DNA from: an uncultured Gammaproteobacteria bacterium
GTDB taxonomy: Bacteria; Pseudomonadota; Gammaproteobacteria; Pseudomonadales; JAHEGP01
Direction of reading: 5' to 3'
DNA: 64,000 nucleotides
Assembly (NCBI GenBank): GCA_963751595.1
Contig: CAVVVC010000009.1
Coordinates: forward strand, 20,562-84,561
The notes below the pieces were generated by a model. That model was not told the DNA's origin. It saw only the letters and a program-made list of their open reading frames with translations, and did no database searches. A program made the position numbers and the translations under genes. Positions 40,817 through 52,506 of the stretch are shown one piece after another; position 1 is the first letter of the stretch; the number at the start of each line of letters is the position of its first letter.

Positions 40817-42469
40817 ATGCTGGCAACCCTTACCGAATACCTGGACCAGTGGAACGCTCAATGCCCGGACAAGGTTTGGCTGCGCGAGCTGAGCGGTGGC
40901 GACGACCGCACCTGGACCTGGCACCAGGCCTATACCGAAATCAATGCCCTGGCGGCCTGGGAAGAAAGCTACTTCAACGGCAATGGTCACTGCGTGGGCC
41001 TGCTGTCAAAAAACCGCGCCCACTGGTATTTCGCCGACCTGGGTAGCATTGCCGCGGGCAATGTCGTGGTGCCGATGTTTACCACCCTCATCGGCGAGGT
41101 TGCCGAGTACGTGATGTCGTTTACCGAGATGAAGCTGTTGTTTGTCGGCGAGACTGAAAACTGGGAGCAGGTGCGGCAGGTGCTGCCCACGGGAATCCAG
41201 TTGGTCTGCCTGCCGGGGGTGGAAATCGAAGAGGAACACCTGCGCTGGGAGGATATCGTCGGCCCCAACCGGGGAAAATCGCCGGGCTACCGGTGTCAGG
41301 CGGACGACCTGGTGTCGCTGGTTTTCACCTCCGGCACCACCGGTGTGCCCAAGGGTGTGATGCAAACCCACACTTCCAATATCATACCCGTGAACCGCTT
41401 CGCCGCAGCATTTGCTGTGGCTGAGGGCGGGCGATTCTTTTCCTACCTGCCGCTGTCGCACATTGCCGAGCGCCAGATTGTCGAGGTCAACTCCCTGGTC
41501 AACTGCGGTGAAGTGTACTTCAACGAAAACCTCACGACCCTGATGCGCGACTTGCCCCGCTGTCGCCCCGACGTGATGTTTGGTCCGCCGAGGGTCTGGG
41601 AGCAGTTGCAGCAGGGGATCATCGCCCAGTTTGGCTCGCAGGAGGCTGTCGATGCTGCCCTGGAGGCAGACGCCCCTGGGGTGGGGAAGATGATCCAGGA
41701 GAAACTGGGGCTGGATCAGGCGAAATACCTGTTAACCGCCGCCGCGCCGACACCGCCGGCACTGATTCAATGGTACGACCGGTTTGGTATCCGCTTGATG
41801 GAGGGCTTCGGACAGACCGAGTGCATGGGACCGATCGTGTCCAGCGCCGACGCGCGCAGGGTCGGCTCCATCGGCAAGGCGCTGCCCGGTGTCGAAGTGA
41901 GAATCAGCGAGCAGGGTGAGCTGCTGATCAAGGCCGACGGCTGTTCGCCGGGGTATTACAAGATGCCGGAGAAAACGGCGGAGACCTTTGTCGATGGTTG
42001 GGTCCATACCGGCGACAAGGCGCGGGTGGACGAAGACGGCTTTTATTACCTCACCGGGCGGGTCAAGGACTACTTCAAGACCATTTCCGGAAAATTCGTG
42101 GCTCCGACCTCACTGGAGAATATCTTTGCGGAAAACCCCTTTACCGAGCAGATTTGCCTGCTGGGACGGGGGTACTCCCGCACGGTGATGGTCTGTGTGG
42201 TGGGTGCCAGTGGCCAACAGCAATCCCGGGAAGCGGTGACCAACGCACTGCTCGATCGGGCCAGGGCGGTCAACGAGGCGGTGGAAAAACACGCCCGTCT
42301 CGGCGCCGTGGTGGTATCGACCGAGCCCTGGACCATCGAGAACGGGGTGCTGACGCCGACCATGAAGATCCGTCGCGAGCGCGTCGAGGAGCAGTTCGGC
42401 GAACGGGCCGAGGCCCTGGCTCGACGGGGCGCGGAGGCGGGTGACGTCATGATCGAGTGGCTGGATTGA
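40817..42469 (+). CDS. Long-chain acyl-CoA ligase (AMP-binding)
   Basis: FTSGTTGVPKG, LPLSHIAER, GFGQTE, TGD, LTPTMK. Confidence 0.9.
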   Translation: MLATLTEYLDQWNAQCPDKVWLRELSGGDDRTWTWHQAYTEINALAAWEESYFNGNGHCVGLLSKNRAHWYFADLGSIAAGNVVVPMFTTLIGEVAEYVMSFTEMKLLFVGETENWEQVRQVLPTGIQLVCLPGVEIEEEHLRWEDIVGPNRGKSPGYRCQADDLVSLVFTSGTTGVPKGVMQTHTSNIIPVNRFAAAFAVAEGGRFFSYLPLSHIAERQIVEVNSLVNCGEVYFNENLTTLMRDLPRCRPDVMFGPPRVWEQLQQGIIAQFGSQEAVDAALEADAPGVGKMIQEKLGLDQAKYLLTAAAPTPPALIQWYDRFGIRLMEGFGQTECMGPIVSSADARRVGSIGKALPGVEVRISEQGELLIKADGCSPGYYKMPEKTAETFVDGWVHTGDKARVDEDGFYYLTGRVKDYFKTISGKFVAPTSLENIFAENPFTEQICLLGRGYSRTVMVCVVGASGQQQSREAVTNALLDRARAVNEAVEKHARLGAVVVSTEPWTIENGVLTPTMKIRRERVEEQFGERAEALARRGAEAGDVMIEWLD

Positions 42470-42500
42470 CGGCGGCCGCCTGAGGTGCCCGAAGCGCTGC

Positions 42501-42776
42501 TTATCCGGTCTCGAATCCGGTCGCCTCGGGGAAATCCCGGCAGACTTCCATGGAGACCGAGTCGACCCGGGACAGGGGAGAGCCAGTGCTCAGGCTTGCC
42601 ACCACCGCTTCCACCGCTGCCCGTTCGCCACACAGCAGTACCTCGACCCGGCCATCCGCAAGGTTCTTCGCCCAGCCGGTCAGGTGGTGGGCCAGGGCCT
42701 GTTGCTTGACGAATCCGCGATACCACACGCCCTGTACCCGGCCCGAGACAAAGCCGTGCATGCAGACCCGGGTCAC
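42501..42776 (-). CDS. acyP: Acylphosphatase
   Basis: VSGRVQGVWYR, GWAKNLADGRVE. Confidence 0.92.
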   Translation of the reverse strand: MTRVCMHGFVSGRVQGVWYRGFVKQQALAHHLTGWAKNLADGRVEVLLCGERAAVEAVVASLSTGSPLSRVDSVSMEVCRDFPEATGFETG

Positions 42777-43210
42777 GGCTTGACCTGCGGTTTTCCGTCG
42801 ATCAGGGCGAGTAACGCCTCGTAGGTCTGGGGGCCGATCAGGGTGTGGGCAAGTTGGCCACCGGGGGCAATGAGGTAAGTGGTCGGCAGCACCTTCGGCC
42901 GCTCCAGCTTCAGTTGCTGCCCCGGGTCATCGCCGCTGCTGGGAAATTCGATGCCCATCACCTTGGCAGAGGCGTCGTGGGCCGCTCCGGTCAGGCCGTC
43001 ATAATTGACACCCTGTACTGCAACCCGGTCACCAAGCTCGGTGGCCAGGCGGTTGAGCTCGGGGATTTCCTCGCGACAGGGTGCGCACCATTCCGCCCAG
43101 TAGTTGATTACCAGCCAGCGCTCGGACGCCGCCCCCTTGGGCGTCGCCTGCTGGCCCGGTTCGCAGGCGGTCAGCAGGAAAAAGGTCATCAGGATACTGA
43201 GGTAACGCAT
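42773..43210 (-). CDS. TlpA-family thiol-disulfide oxidoreductase lipoprotein
   Basis: LLTAC, NYWAEWCAPC, LPTT. Confidence 0.9.
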   Translation of the reverse strand: MRYLSILMTFFLLTACEPGQQATPKGAASERWLVINYWAEWCAPCREEIPELNRLATELGDRVAVQGVNYDGLTGAAHDASAKVMGIEFPSSGDDPGQQLKLERPKVLPTTYLIAPGGQLAHTLIGPQTYEALLALIDGKPQVKP

Positions 43211-44484
43211 GGGGCCTCCGGGTTGGCATCTTGGCGGTTTACCAGTGTCGCAATACTTGCGTCCATGGCGTGGTGTCGGGTGGTGTCGCTATCAGCCAGC
43301 AGCTTGCGGGTATGGCGATACCAGGCGGGGGTGTCTTCGCGGGCCGCCAGTGCCCGGGGCTCGAGGCCGCTGGTGTTGAGCGGTTGCCAGCCGTCGGGAA
43401 TCATAGCGGCCAAATCCCACAGGCTGAAGCTGTGCAGGTCTTTGCCCAGAATATACTGGCCCTCGGCGGTGGTATGAATCAGGCCGTTGGCCAACATGGC
43501 ATTGCGTAACTCGTGCCACTGCCGCGCCGGCAGCTTTTGCTTACCCAGCATCCAGGGTGTCCCCTGGATTTCATCGTCGCTGACCGTTTCCCCGCGCTGG
43601 TGGCGCTCGTGAAAAAGCGCCATCAGGCCAACGCTGGTGAGCAGCGGGTGGTAGCGTTTGGCGGTCTGTGGCTGGTAGCTCCCCAGGGCATGCACCAGCT
43701 CGGCGCCGGCCAGAATAATCAGCCAGCTCAGGTTGATCCACAGCAGGAACAGCGGCACCGCGGCAAAGGTGCCGTAAATCAGGGTGAAACTGCTGTGCTT
43801 GACGATCAGGGCAAAGGCCTGCTTGGCGGTCTCGAATGCAATCGCCGTCACCAGACCGCCGATCAGGGCATGCTTCACCCGAACCTTGGCGTTGGGAACG
43901 GCAAGAAAAATCAGGGTGAAGGTAGTGGCCTCCAGCAGGAACGGGGTAATGGCTAGCAGGCGGTGACCGATCCCCAAACCCTCAGTATCGTCGGCAAAAA
44001 TCGACAGTGACACCAGGTAGGTGCTGATCACGAAGCCCAGTCCGATCAGCAGCGGTCCCAGGCTCAGCAGGGCCCAGTAAAGCAGGAAATTGGCGAGGCC
44101 GCGGCGGTCGGTGCGGGTGTGCCAGATCCCGTTCATCGTCTTCTCGATGTTGCGCAGCATAAAGTAGGCGGTCGCAGCAAGAAACAGCAGGCCGACTGCG
44201 GTGAGGGATCGCGCCTGGCCTGAGAACTGTACCAGGGCCGCCTTGACATCGGCACCGGTCTCGGGGAGAAAATTGGCGAATATCCAATCCTGTACTTGCA
44301 CACCCACGGCACTGAACGCCGGTACCAGCGACAACATTACGTAGACCACGGTCAGCAGGGGCACGACCGCAAACAGGGTCAGATAGGTCAGCGAGCCGGC
44401 CCGGGCCTGGCAACCATCGTCGACATAATTGCGATAGGTAAACGCCAGAAAGTGGAACCACTCCTGCAGCTTGTCCATCATCAT
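43189..44484 (-). CDS. yihY: YihY/BrkB family inner-membrane protein
   Basis: AGSLTYLTLFAVVP, IYGTFAAVP, LAGAE; C-terminal winged-helix-like extension. Confidence 0.88.
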   Translation of the reverse strand: MMMDKLQEWFHFLAFTYRNYVDDGCQARAGSLTYLTLFAVVPLLTVVYVMLSLVPAFSAVGVQVQDWIFANFLPETGADVKAALVQFSGQARSLTAVGLLFLAATAYFMLRNIEKTMNGIWHTRTDRRGLANFLLYWALLSLGPLLIGLGFVISTYLVSLSIFADDTEGLGIGHRLLAITPFLLEATTFTLIFLAVPNAKVRVKHALIGGLVTAIAFETAKQAFALIVKHSSFTLIYGTFAAVPLFLLWINLSWLIILAGAELVHALGSYQPQTAKRYHPLLTSVGLMALFHERHQRGETVSDDEIQGTPWMLGKQKLPARQWHELRNAMLANGLIHTTAEGQYILGKDLHSFSLWDLAAMIPDGWQPLNTSGLEPRALAAREDTPAWYRHTRKLLADSDTTRHHAMDASIATLVNRQDANPEAPCVTSVS

Positions 44485-44647
44485 TCAGTCCTCGTGCGGT
44501 CGGGTCTGTTCCGGTGGGCGCCCATAGCGGGTGCTTTCGGGTATGATACGCCGCGTGGCTGCGCGTAACCGGCATGGTCAGGACGCGGCACATTGATCAA
44601 AAATCACTACCGCCGAGTATAACAGAGGAGTTAACGAAGGCCTGCCC

Positions 44648-45599
<952 letters not shown>

Positions 45600-45601
45600 G
45601 C

Positions 45602-46003
45602 ATGGATAGCCCCTTCGAACGACGGATCCAATGGGCGGCCTGGTTTTCCATGGCCTGCTATTTCGGCCTGCTGCTGTCCTTCGTCTTCAAGACGGTGATC
45701 GCACCCATGGGGGGGCGAGAGCCCAACTTTACCATGTTGGCGGTGCATACCCTGCCCCTGTTGCTGTTCCTGCCGGGGATCCTGCGTCGTAATCAGCGAA
45801 CCTATGCCTGGCTGTCGTTCCTGCTGCTGCTCTACTTCGTGCTCACCGTCGAGGGGCTGTTCTCGCCCTTCGCCTCCAATTATCATTGGCTGGCACTGGC
45901 ACTGCTTGTCGGACTGTTTTGCGGTTGTATCGGTTTTATCCGCTGGACCGGCATGGCTTACAAGTGGCAGGCGTCTGCAACCGGAGAAGTAGGCAAAACA
46001 TGA
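45602..46003 (+). CDS. DUF2069 membrane protein
   Basis: PLLLFLPG, YAWLSFLLLLYF; follows arsC-wrbA. Confidence 0.8.
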   Translation: MDSPFERRIQWAAWFSMACYFGLLLSFVFKTVIAPMGGREPNFTMLAVHTLPLLLFLPGILRRNQRTYAWLSFLLLLYFVLTVEGLFSPFASNYHWLALALLVGLFCGCIGFIRWTGMAYKWQASATGEVGKT

Positions 46004-47844
46004 GCGATCAAGAGGTGGGGCCGCTGCGGCGCGGCTGGCGAGGGTTCTGGCGGTTTATTCGTGCCCTGCGAATTGGCATAGCCAACGTGCTGTTCCTGCT
46101 GGTACTGTTTTTCGCGCTTTTTCTCCTCTTCGGCCAAGAGTCGGAAACCGTCAAAAACAAGTCGATGTTACTGCTGGCACCCACGGGAACGGTAGTGGAC
46201 CAGCGCAGCTTCGTTGACCCGCTGGCAAGAATGATTAACCCGGAAGTGGCGCTCAGCGAGACCCCGCTGCACGACTTGATAGAGGTTGTCCAGCAAGCCG
46301 CCAAGGACCCCCGGATGATCGGGATCGCGCTGGATCTGGACGAGCTGCTGGCCATCGACATCAGCAGCGCCCGGGAGTTGGGAGCTGCCCTGCAGGCCTT
46401 CAGGTCCGAGGGCAAGAAAGTGGTTGCGATGGCCGACAATTACGACCAGAACCGCTATTTGCTGGCAACCTATGCAGATGAAATCAACCTCCACCCGATG
46501 GGCGAAGTGAGCATCAAGGGCTTCGGTGTCTTCCCCAATTACTTCAAGGACCTGCTTGATCGGCTCAATGTCGACGTGCACGTGTTTAGGGTCGGTACCT
46601 TCAAGTCGGCGGTGGAACCGTTTATGCGCAACGATATGTCCCCCGCGGCGAAGCAGAACAACGCGCGCTGGCTGAGTTCGGTCTGGGCTAACTACACCAG
46701 TAGCGTTGCCCTGAATCGCGATCTCGATGCGGACAGTATCGACGCCTATGCCAACAACTACGATGAAGTACTGGAAGCGGCACAGGGCGATGCGGCGCGG
46801 GCAGCCCTCGATCGCGGTCTGGTCGACAACATCATGGGACGCGAGGCGATGCTCGGGCGGGTGGCGGAGCTGACCGGCAGGGCTGAGCCCGAGGAATCCC
46901 TGGTTCATTTTTACGAATACCTGGAGCCGTCCGCTGAATCCCTCGCCCTGGCGGCTGCCACCGGTACCGATGTGGTGGGCATCGTGGCTGCAGAGGGCAT
47001 GATTGTCGACGGCCGTCAGCCTCCGGGCACAGCGGCGGGCGACAGTATTGCGGCGCTGCTGCGCAAGGCCCGGGAGGATGATGCGGTCAAGGCGGTGGTG
47101 CTGCGCATCAACAGCCCCGGTGGCAGTGCGTTCGCCTCCGAGGTGATCCGGGAGCAGGTGATGCTGACCCAGCAGGCCGGCAAGCCCGTGGTGGCTTCAA
47201 TGGGCAGCACCGCGGCCTCCGGCGGTTACTGGATCGCTACCGGGGCGGCGGAGATCTGGGCACAGCCCACCACGATAACCGGATCTATCGGCATTTTTGG
47301 GGTCTTCCCCACCATCAATCGCACCCTTGAGGAATGGGGCATACACTCCGATGGTGTCGGCACCACCCGCATGACCGACGCTTTCAGGGTCGATCGCCCC
47401 CTCAGTGAGATCGGCAACAATGCCCTGCAGTCGACCATCGAGCACGGCTACCGGCAGTTTATCGAGCTGGTCTCGGAGGCGCGGGGAATGACTCCGGAAG
47501 CGGTGGATGCGGTAGCCCAGGGCCAGGTGTGGAGTGGTGAAAACGCCCTAGCCATCGGCCTGGTCGACGAGCTCGGTGGACTGCAGGATGCGGTAGCCGC
47601 AGCGGCAAAGCTGGCCGAACTGACGGATTATGAGAGCGTCTGGGTAAGCGCAGACGACTGGCTCGACGCCGGTGTCTGGCGGCGCTTCATCGACGCCAGT
47701 GCGGGCGCTTTTGCCGAGGCGGTGGTGGGCAGGCTGCTGGGTGATTTCGCCGGCGTGACGGGGCTGCAGAAACCTGTCTCAGTGCCACTGCTCAACGACC
47801 CCCGCGGGGTTTACCTGCACTGCATGGAATGCGTTGCCCGCTAG
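46000..47844 (+). CDS. sppA: Signal peptide peptidase SppA, long form
   Basis: FKSAVEP, RINSPGGS, AASGGYW, TGSIG, AQGQVW. Confidence 0.94.
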   Translation: MSDQEVGPLRRGWRGFWRFIRALRIGIANVLFLLVLFFALFLLFGQESETVKNKSMLLLAPTGTVVDQRSFVDPLARMINPEVALSETPLHDLIEVVQQAAKDPRMIGIALDLDELLAIDISSARELGAALQAFRSEGKKVVAMADNYDQNRYLLATYADEINLHPMGEVSIKGFGVFPNYFKDLLDRLNVDVHVFRVGTFKSAVEPFMRNDMSPAAKQNNARWLSSVWANYTSSVALNRDLDADSIDAYANNYDEVLEAAQGDAARAALDRGLVDNIMGREAMLGRVAELTGRAEPEESLVHFYEYLEPSAESLALAAATGTDVVGIVAAEGMIVDGRQPPGTAAGDSIAALLRKAREDDAVKAVVLRINSPGGSAFASEVIREQVMLTQQAGKPVVASMGSTAASGGYWIATGAAEIWAQPTTITGSIGIFGVFPTINRTLEEWGIHSDGVGTTRMTDAFRVDRPLSEIGNNALQSTIEHGYRQFIELVSEARGMTPEAVDAVAQGQVWSGENALAIGLVDELGGLQDAVAAAAKLAELTDYESVWVSADDWLDAGVWRRFIDASAGAFAEAVVGRLLGDFAGVTGLQKPVSVPLLNDPRGVYLHCMECVAR

Positions 47845-47863
47845 CTGGGCTGCCACGCCGGGG

Positions 47864-48175
47864 TTATTCGACGGGGTATTGGGCGCGCCAGGATTCGAAG
47901 CCACCGTCCATGCTCATCACCTCGGCAAAACCCTGCTCGGCAAGGAACTGGCCGGCGCTGATGCTACTGTTGCCGTGGTAGCAATACACCAGCACCGGCC
48001 GCTGACGATCGGTTTCCTGCAGAAACGACCCGATGTTGTCGTTGCTGAGGTGGACCGCACCCTGAATGCGCGACATGCGGTAGGACTGGGGGTCGCGCAC
48101 GTCGACGATAACCGGGTTTTGCTCCCCAATCAGGGCCTGCGCCTTTTCGATTGAGATGCGACGTAACTCCGTCAT
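47864..48175 (-). CDS. glpE: Thiosulfate sulfurtransferase GlpE
   Basis: DVRD, CYHGNSS, DGGFESW. Confidence 0.9.
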   Translation of the reverse strand: MTELRRISIEKAQALIGEQNPVIVDVRDPQSYRMSRIQGAVHLSNDNIGSFLQETDRQRPVLVYCYHGNSSISAGQFLAEQGFAEVMSMDGGFESWRAQYPVE

Positions 48176-48205
48176 GAGAACCTCCCTGGCCAGCGTTGGT
48201 GTTCG

Positions 48206-49342
48206 ATGTCGTCTATTGTAAAACAGCCCCGATCAAATATCCTGCTTCCGCTGGTCCTCGGGGCGCTGGCGCTACTGTGCCTGGGCGGCTGCGAGTCGAT
48301 TGGCTATTACTGGCAGGCCAGTAGCGGCCACCTCGCGCTGCTCGGTCGCCGACAACCGATCGAGACAGTTTTGCAGGATCCGGCGCTGGATGAGCAGCAA
48401 CGCACCCGCCTGCAACAGGTACTGGCCATTCGTCGCTACGCCGAGGCAGAACTGGCCTTGCCGGTGGGGAACAACTATCGCCATTTGATTCAGCTGGACA
48501 GCGATTATGTCAGCTGGAATGTAATGGCGGCCGGGGCGTTATCGCTGGACCCGTTGCAGTGGTGTTTTCCGGTTGCCGGCTGTGTGCGCTACCGTGGCTA
48601 TTTCAAGCGTGAGCAGGCGCAAGCGTTCGCCGAACGCCTTGCGCGCGAGAACTACGACGTGTACCTGGGTCCGGTTGCCGCTTACTCGACCCTGGGTTGG
48701 TTCGATGATCCGCTTTACAGCTCTGTGCTCAATTACCACGAGGTGCGCCTGGCGGGCCTGCTGTTCCACGAGCTTGCCCACCAGGTCGTCTATGTGAAGG
48801 ACGATACCAGTTTCAACGAAAGCTTCGCCTCCGCGGTGGAGACGCTGGCGGTGGCCCAGTGGCTAAGTGACACCGGGCGCAGCGATGAAAGCCAGGCCTG
48901 GGCGGCTCACAAGCGCTGGGTCGGTGTGTTCGTCGCCTGGCTGGCCCGGCAGCGCGGGATGCTGCAGCAGATCTACCAGTCCGACGCCAGTGACGCTGAA
49001 AAGCTGGCGCAGAAGCAGGCCGTTTTCGACGCCATGGTGCGGGAGTATCCCGAGCTGCGTCGCCGGCACAACGGCGACAATAGCTACGATCGCTGGATGC
49101 GGGGCCCCCTTAACAACGCACGCCTGCTGGGCATCGCCAGTTACAACGATTGGCTGGCCGCATTTGAAACCCTTTATCGGCGCCAGGGCTGTGATTGGCC
49201 CAATTTTTACCGCGCGGCCAGTGAGCTGGCGGCACAGCCGCTGGAGCATCGATCCCGTGTCCTGCGGCAGTTGGAGAACGCGGCATCCCGGGATGCTGCA
49301 ACAGGCGGCTGGGACCCGGGCTGCAAGCTGGCCAAACGTTAG
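48206..49342 (+). CDS. Putative zinc aminopeptidase lipoprotein
   Basis: LGGC lipobox, WCFPVAGCV, AYSTLGWFDDP, FHELAHQ, FNES. Confidence 0.85.
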   Translation: MSSIVKQPRSNILLPLVLGALALLCLGGCESIGYYWQASSGHLALLGRRQPIETVLQDPALDEQQRTRLQQVLAIRRYAEAELALPVGNNYRHLIQLDSDYVSWNVMAAGALSLDPLQWCFPVAGCVRYRGYFKREQAQAFAERLARENYDVYLGPVAAYSTLGWFDDPLYSSVLNYHEVRLAGLLFHELAHQVVYVKDDTSFNESFASAVETLAVAQWLSDTGRSDESQAWAAHKRWVGVFVAWLARQRGMLQQIYQSDASDAEKLAQKQAVFDAMVREYPELRRRHNGDNSYDRWMRGPLNNARLLGIASYNDWLAAFETLYRRQGCDWPNFYRAASELAAQPLEHRSRVLRQLENAASRDAATGGWDPGCKLAKR

Positions 49343-49401
49343 ACCGGGCTCGGCACATGGTCGGCGGGTTGTCAGGGTGGCTTGGCGGCCGAAACGAATC
49401 C

Positions 49402-50253
49402 CTATTCCCGACTCAGCGCCCTGAAATCAGCAGCAAATCCCCGCAGCCGCCGAATCGCATGGTCCCGCTGTTTGGGGCTCATGGAGTTGGCTAGCTCGGT
49501 GGCGAGCTGCAGGGAGCGCTCCTGGTTGTAGTCCATGCCTTGCTGGTACTTGGCGTTCCAGAACAGGTAGGGCTCGGCGTAGAGCCGGGAAAGCTCCCTG
49601 GCCATGGCCGACACCGACATATCGGCGGAAACGATAGCGTAAAAGCGCTTGCGCCAGGCCTCCCGGCTTTCGATGGAAAGCTGGCGGTTATCTTTCAGGG
49701 AAGTCGCCCACCGTCTTATCATGGTGCGTTGCTCGTCGTTCAATTTCCCTGCCAGTCGCTTGGCAGCCTTGGTCATGAATTCGTAGCGCTCGTGGTAGAT
49801 CTTCGATAGGGGCTCGTTTTTGAGGTCGTTGCGATCGTCCACCTCCTTTTCCACCATGATCTCGATAATTCCGTCGATCTGCGCGGGGGTCAGGTCGGCG
49901 AGGATTTTTGCCGAGGGTAGCGCCAGGGCGTGCATCAGCTCTTGCCAGGCCTCAAAACTGAACTCGGAATAGCGGCGCATGGTTTCCAGCGTTACCGGTC
50001 CTTCCAGATCGTCGGCCAGGGCATCCAGGCGCACGGCATATTCGGGCAGGGCGTTGATCCGGTGCCACTGGTGAAACTCCTTGACTACGCGCTTGGCATC
50101 GGCCCGTTGCTCGCTTTCAAAATCGATGTAGTCGTCCAGTGACCACATCAGGGCCACATCGAGGAACTCATAGCCCACTCTCACCGCACAGGCGGCCAGG
50201 AACAGGCCTGTCCCGAGTACTAGTACCAGTGTCTTCAGCCTGGCAGTTCGCAA
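49402..50253 (-). CDS. DUF6279-like lipoprotein
   Basis: LAAC lipobox, WHR..LP.Y motif; TTG start with GGAGA upstream (ATG at 50283 is an alternative). Confidence 0.7.
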   Translation of the reverse strand: MRTARLKTLVLVLGTGLFLAACAVRVGYEFLDVALMWSLDDYIDFESEQRADAKRVVKEFHQWHRINALPEYAVRLDALADDLEGPVTLETMRRYSEFSFEAWQELMHALALPSAKILADLTPAQIDGIIEIMVEKEVDDRNDLKNEPLSKIYHERYEFMTKAAKRLAGKLNDEQRTMIRRWATSLKDNRQLSIESREAWRKRFYAIVSADMSVSAMARELSRLYAEPYLFWNAKYQQGMDYNQERSLQLATELANSMSPKQRDHAIRRLRGFAADFRALSRE

Positions 50254-50445
50254 GGTCGGTTCTCCGGGGTTGAGGCTGTGCATTTGTGATCAGGTCATAC
50301 CAAGTATACGCGCAGGTCCGTTCTTCTGCCCATGGAGCAAGGGTCCTGGATGGAAATGGCGGAGGCGCTGGAAGGGCCAGATTGTGGCGCACACCATTCC
50401 GATGCGATCCCGGCGTTGGTCCCTCGGGCCGCTGGTGCCGCCGCC

Positions 50446-51207
50446 CTAGTCGGGCTCTTGGCCAGGCGCGTAACCCAGCAGAACCCGGTCCACAAATTTT
50501 TTCACCAGCGCGTTGGAAAAAGGCGTTTCCTCGGCCCTGGCCAGCACCTGCTCGAGGTGATCGTCGCCGTCGGTGTAGTGCTGCTTGAATATCGTCAGGC
50601 GCTCCACCAGCCGGGCGCGATCGACTTCGGGGTGAAACTGAAACGCCCAGAAGCGCCGGTCGTCGACCTTGAAGGCATGACAGCAGGGCTGGGTGAAAGC
50701 GAGCTGCGTTGCATTGGGGGGGCACTCCACCGAGCGCTCCCGATGAACCGAGACGGCGGCGAAGCCATCCGGGACGTCGCAGAAAATGGGATCAGTCGCT
50801 GCGGCGGAATCGAGGCTGATCGCCACGGTTCCCATTTCGAAACCGCGCTGATCCCGGATGATAGTGCCCCCCAGGGCCAGGACCGCCAACTGGAAGCCAA
50901 AGCAGGATGCAAACACCGGGAAGTCGACCTCGATACAGTGCCGCATGAGGGCGATGCTCGCACCCACGAAGGGATAATTGTCCGGCTCCAGCACGCTGGC
51001 CTCGCTCGCGCCGCCCACGATGAGGGCATCGTACCCTTCCAGTATTTCGGGGCCGAAGTGGGGCGCGTCGAAGGTGTTGTGGATATCCAGTTGCCGTGGC
51101 TCCAGACCACTGTAATCACAGAAACTGGCGTGCTCTTCCCGGCGCACCCGGGGCTCGTCGCGGATCTGCAACAGAAGAAGCTTAAGATGACTTTTTTTGC
51201 CGGGCAT
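50446..51207 (-). CDS. Class I glutamine amidotransferase
   Basis: ASCFGFQ nucleophile elbow, QFHPE. Confidence 0.88.
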   Translation of the reverse strand: MPGKKSHLKLLLLQIRDEPRVRREEHASFCDYSGLEPRQLDIHNTFDAPHFGPEILEGYDALIVGGASEASVLEPDNYPFVGASIALMRHCIEVDFPVFASCFGFQLAVLALGGTIIRDQRGFEMGTVAISLDSAAATDPIFCDVPDGFAAVSVHRERSVECPPNATQLAFTQPCCHAFKVDDRRFWAFQFHPEVDRARLVERLTIFKQHYTDGDDHLEQVLARAEETPFSNALVKKFVDRVLLGYAPGQEPD

Positions 51208-51257
51208 GGGCGGTTTCCCAGGTGGTTGAAAAATAGTGGTCGGTGGCGGGCGCGGCC

Positions 51258-51512
51258 TCAGGCAACACGGCCGCCATGGCGGAAGAACGGGTTCCAGCGG
51301 TGCCGGAGAATGGCACTCGCCCCCGGGTTAACCGGCGCGTATCGGTCTTTCAGACGCTCCAGGCGACGGTGGAACTCAACGTGAATGATGCTCTGTAACA
51401 GTTTGCAGCAATCGCTGAACGCCTCTTTATGCTCGGGGTCGAAATCACTGTCCTGCAGGCACATGGCGATGATGTCTGACTTGCGAAAGGGTATGCAATG
51501 GGCATTGGTCAT
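51258..51512 (-). pseudogene. Truncated N-terminal fragment of a DUF3754/TMEM143-like gene
   Basis: IPFRKSDIIAMC...IIHVEFHRRLERLKDRYAPVNP recalls the family N-terminus, then stops at 84 aa. Confidence 0.55.
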
Positions 51513-51699
51513 AGGAGCTGGATCAGGTCATTGGCGCAGGGCAGGGGATGATAGCAAGCGCCATCTGGAGACTCCAACTTCCGTGTGCAAGGCCACGGAG
51601 GCAGGCAATTTTCGCTTTTTTGAAGCCGGATGCTCTGTTTTAATGGTGGCTCTCGGGATGGCAGTGACCCTCCCTATTAAAAGCTGACGAGGTGGCAAT

Positions 51700-52119
51700 A
51701 TGGATATTATGAAAATGGCGGCGGAGTTGTTCGCCAACGTTACGGCCAACAAGAATCTCGATACCAATCAAATACAGTCCGCGTTGTCGGGCTTGCTGGG
51801 GGGCCAGGGCGGCAATCTCGACCTGGGTAAGATCGTCGCCAGCATGAGCCAACAGGGCGGACTGCAATCGATCGTCAATTCCTGGCTGGGCGATGGTGCC
51901 AATGCGCCCATATCTCCGGATGACGTCAAAAACGTGTTGGGTTCCGATCAGGTGTCGCAGTTTGCTTCCAAACTGAATATCGACCCGGATACCGCTCTCA
52001 ACGGACTGTCCCAGTCGTTGCCTGCGGTGGTGGACAAGGCCAGCAGCGGCGGCTCGCTGCTCGACACCTTCGGCGGGGTGGGTGGCCTGATGAACACCGT
52101 GGGTAAACTGTTCAAGTAA
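51700..52119 (+). CDS. YidB (DUF937) family protein
   Basis: GGLQSIVNSWLGDGANAPISP, LPAVVDKAS; GAGG upstream. Confidence 0.85.
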   Translation: MDIMKMAAELFANVTANKNLDTNQIQSALSGLLGGQGGNLDLGKIVASMSQQGGLQSIVNSWLGDGANAPISPDDVKNVLGSDQVSQFASKLNIDPDTALNGLSQSLPAVVDKASSGGSLLDTFGGVGGLMNTVGKLFK

Positions 52120-52143
52120 CGGTGCCACGGGGCGGGGGAGCGC

Positions 52144-52506
52144 TTATTCCACCTGTACCGTAACCATGTCCGACAATTCGCTGATTTTGCCCTTGGCATC
52201 TACTGCAGTTATCGCGAAAAAGTAGGTGCCGGGGGCCAGGTCGTGAAATTCGTACTGGTTCGTGCCGGTACCCTCGACCTCGATCATGATGCTTTCACCG
52301 GTTTCCTCGACGGTATAGTAGATCTGGTAGCCTGTGAGGTCGCTTGGGCTCAACAATGCCCCGTTTTCCCTTTCCAGGGGTGCGCTCCAGGACAGAACGA
52401 GGCTGTCCTGGTGGCTGACTGGTGGCTGGTCGAAGGTCTGGCCTAGCGCAGAGTGGGTGATACCCCAACAGATGAACCACAGTAAAAACTGTGCAGTCGA
52501 TCGCAT
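52144..52506 (-). CDS. Small secreted fibronectin type III domain protein
   Basis: Signal peptide, LSWSAP, GYQIYY, LAPGTYFFAITAVD. Confidence 0.82.
   Translation of the reverse strand: MRSTAQFLLWFICWGITHSALGQTFDQPPVSHQDSLVLSWSAPLERENGALLSPSDLTGYQIYYTVEETGESIMIEVEGTGTNQYEFHDLAPGTYFFAITAVDAKGKISELSDMVTVQVE

Noticed and set aside
44593-44607. FNR-box-like TTGATCAAAAATCAC upstream of arsC
   Set aside because: Half-site spacing is off by one base and the second half-site is imperfect.
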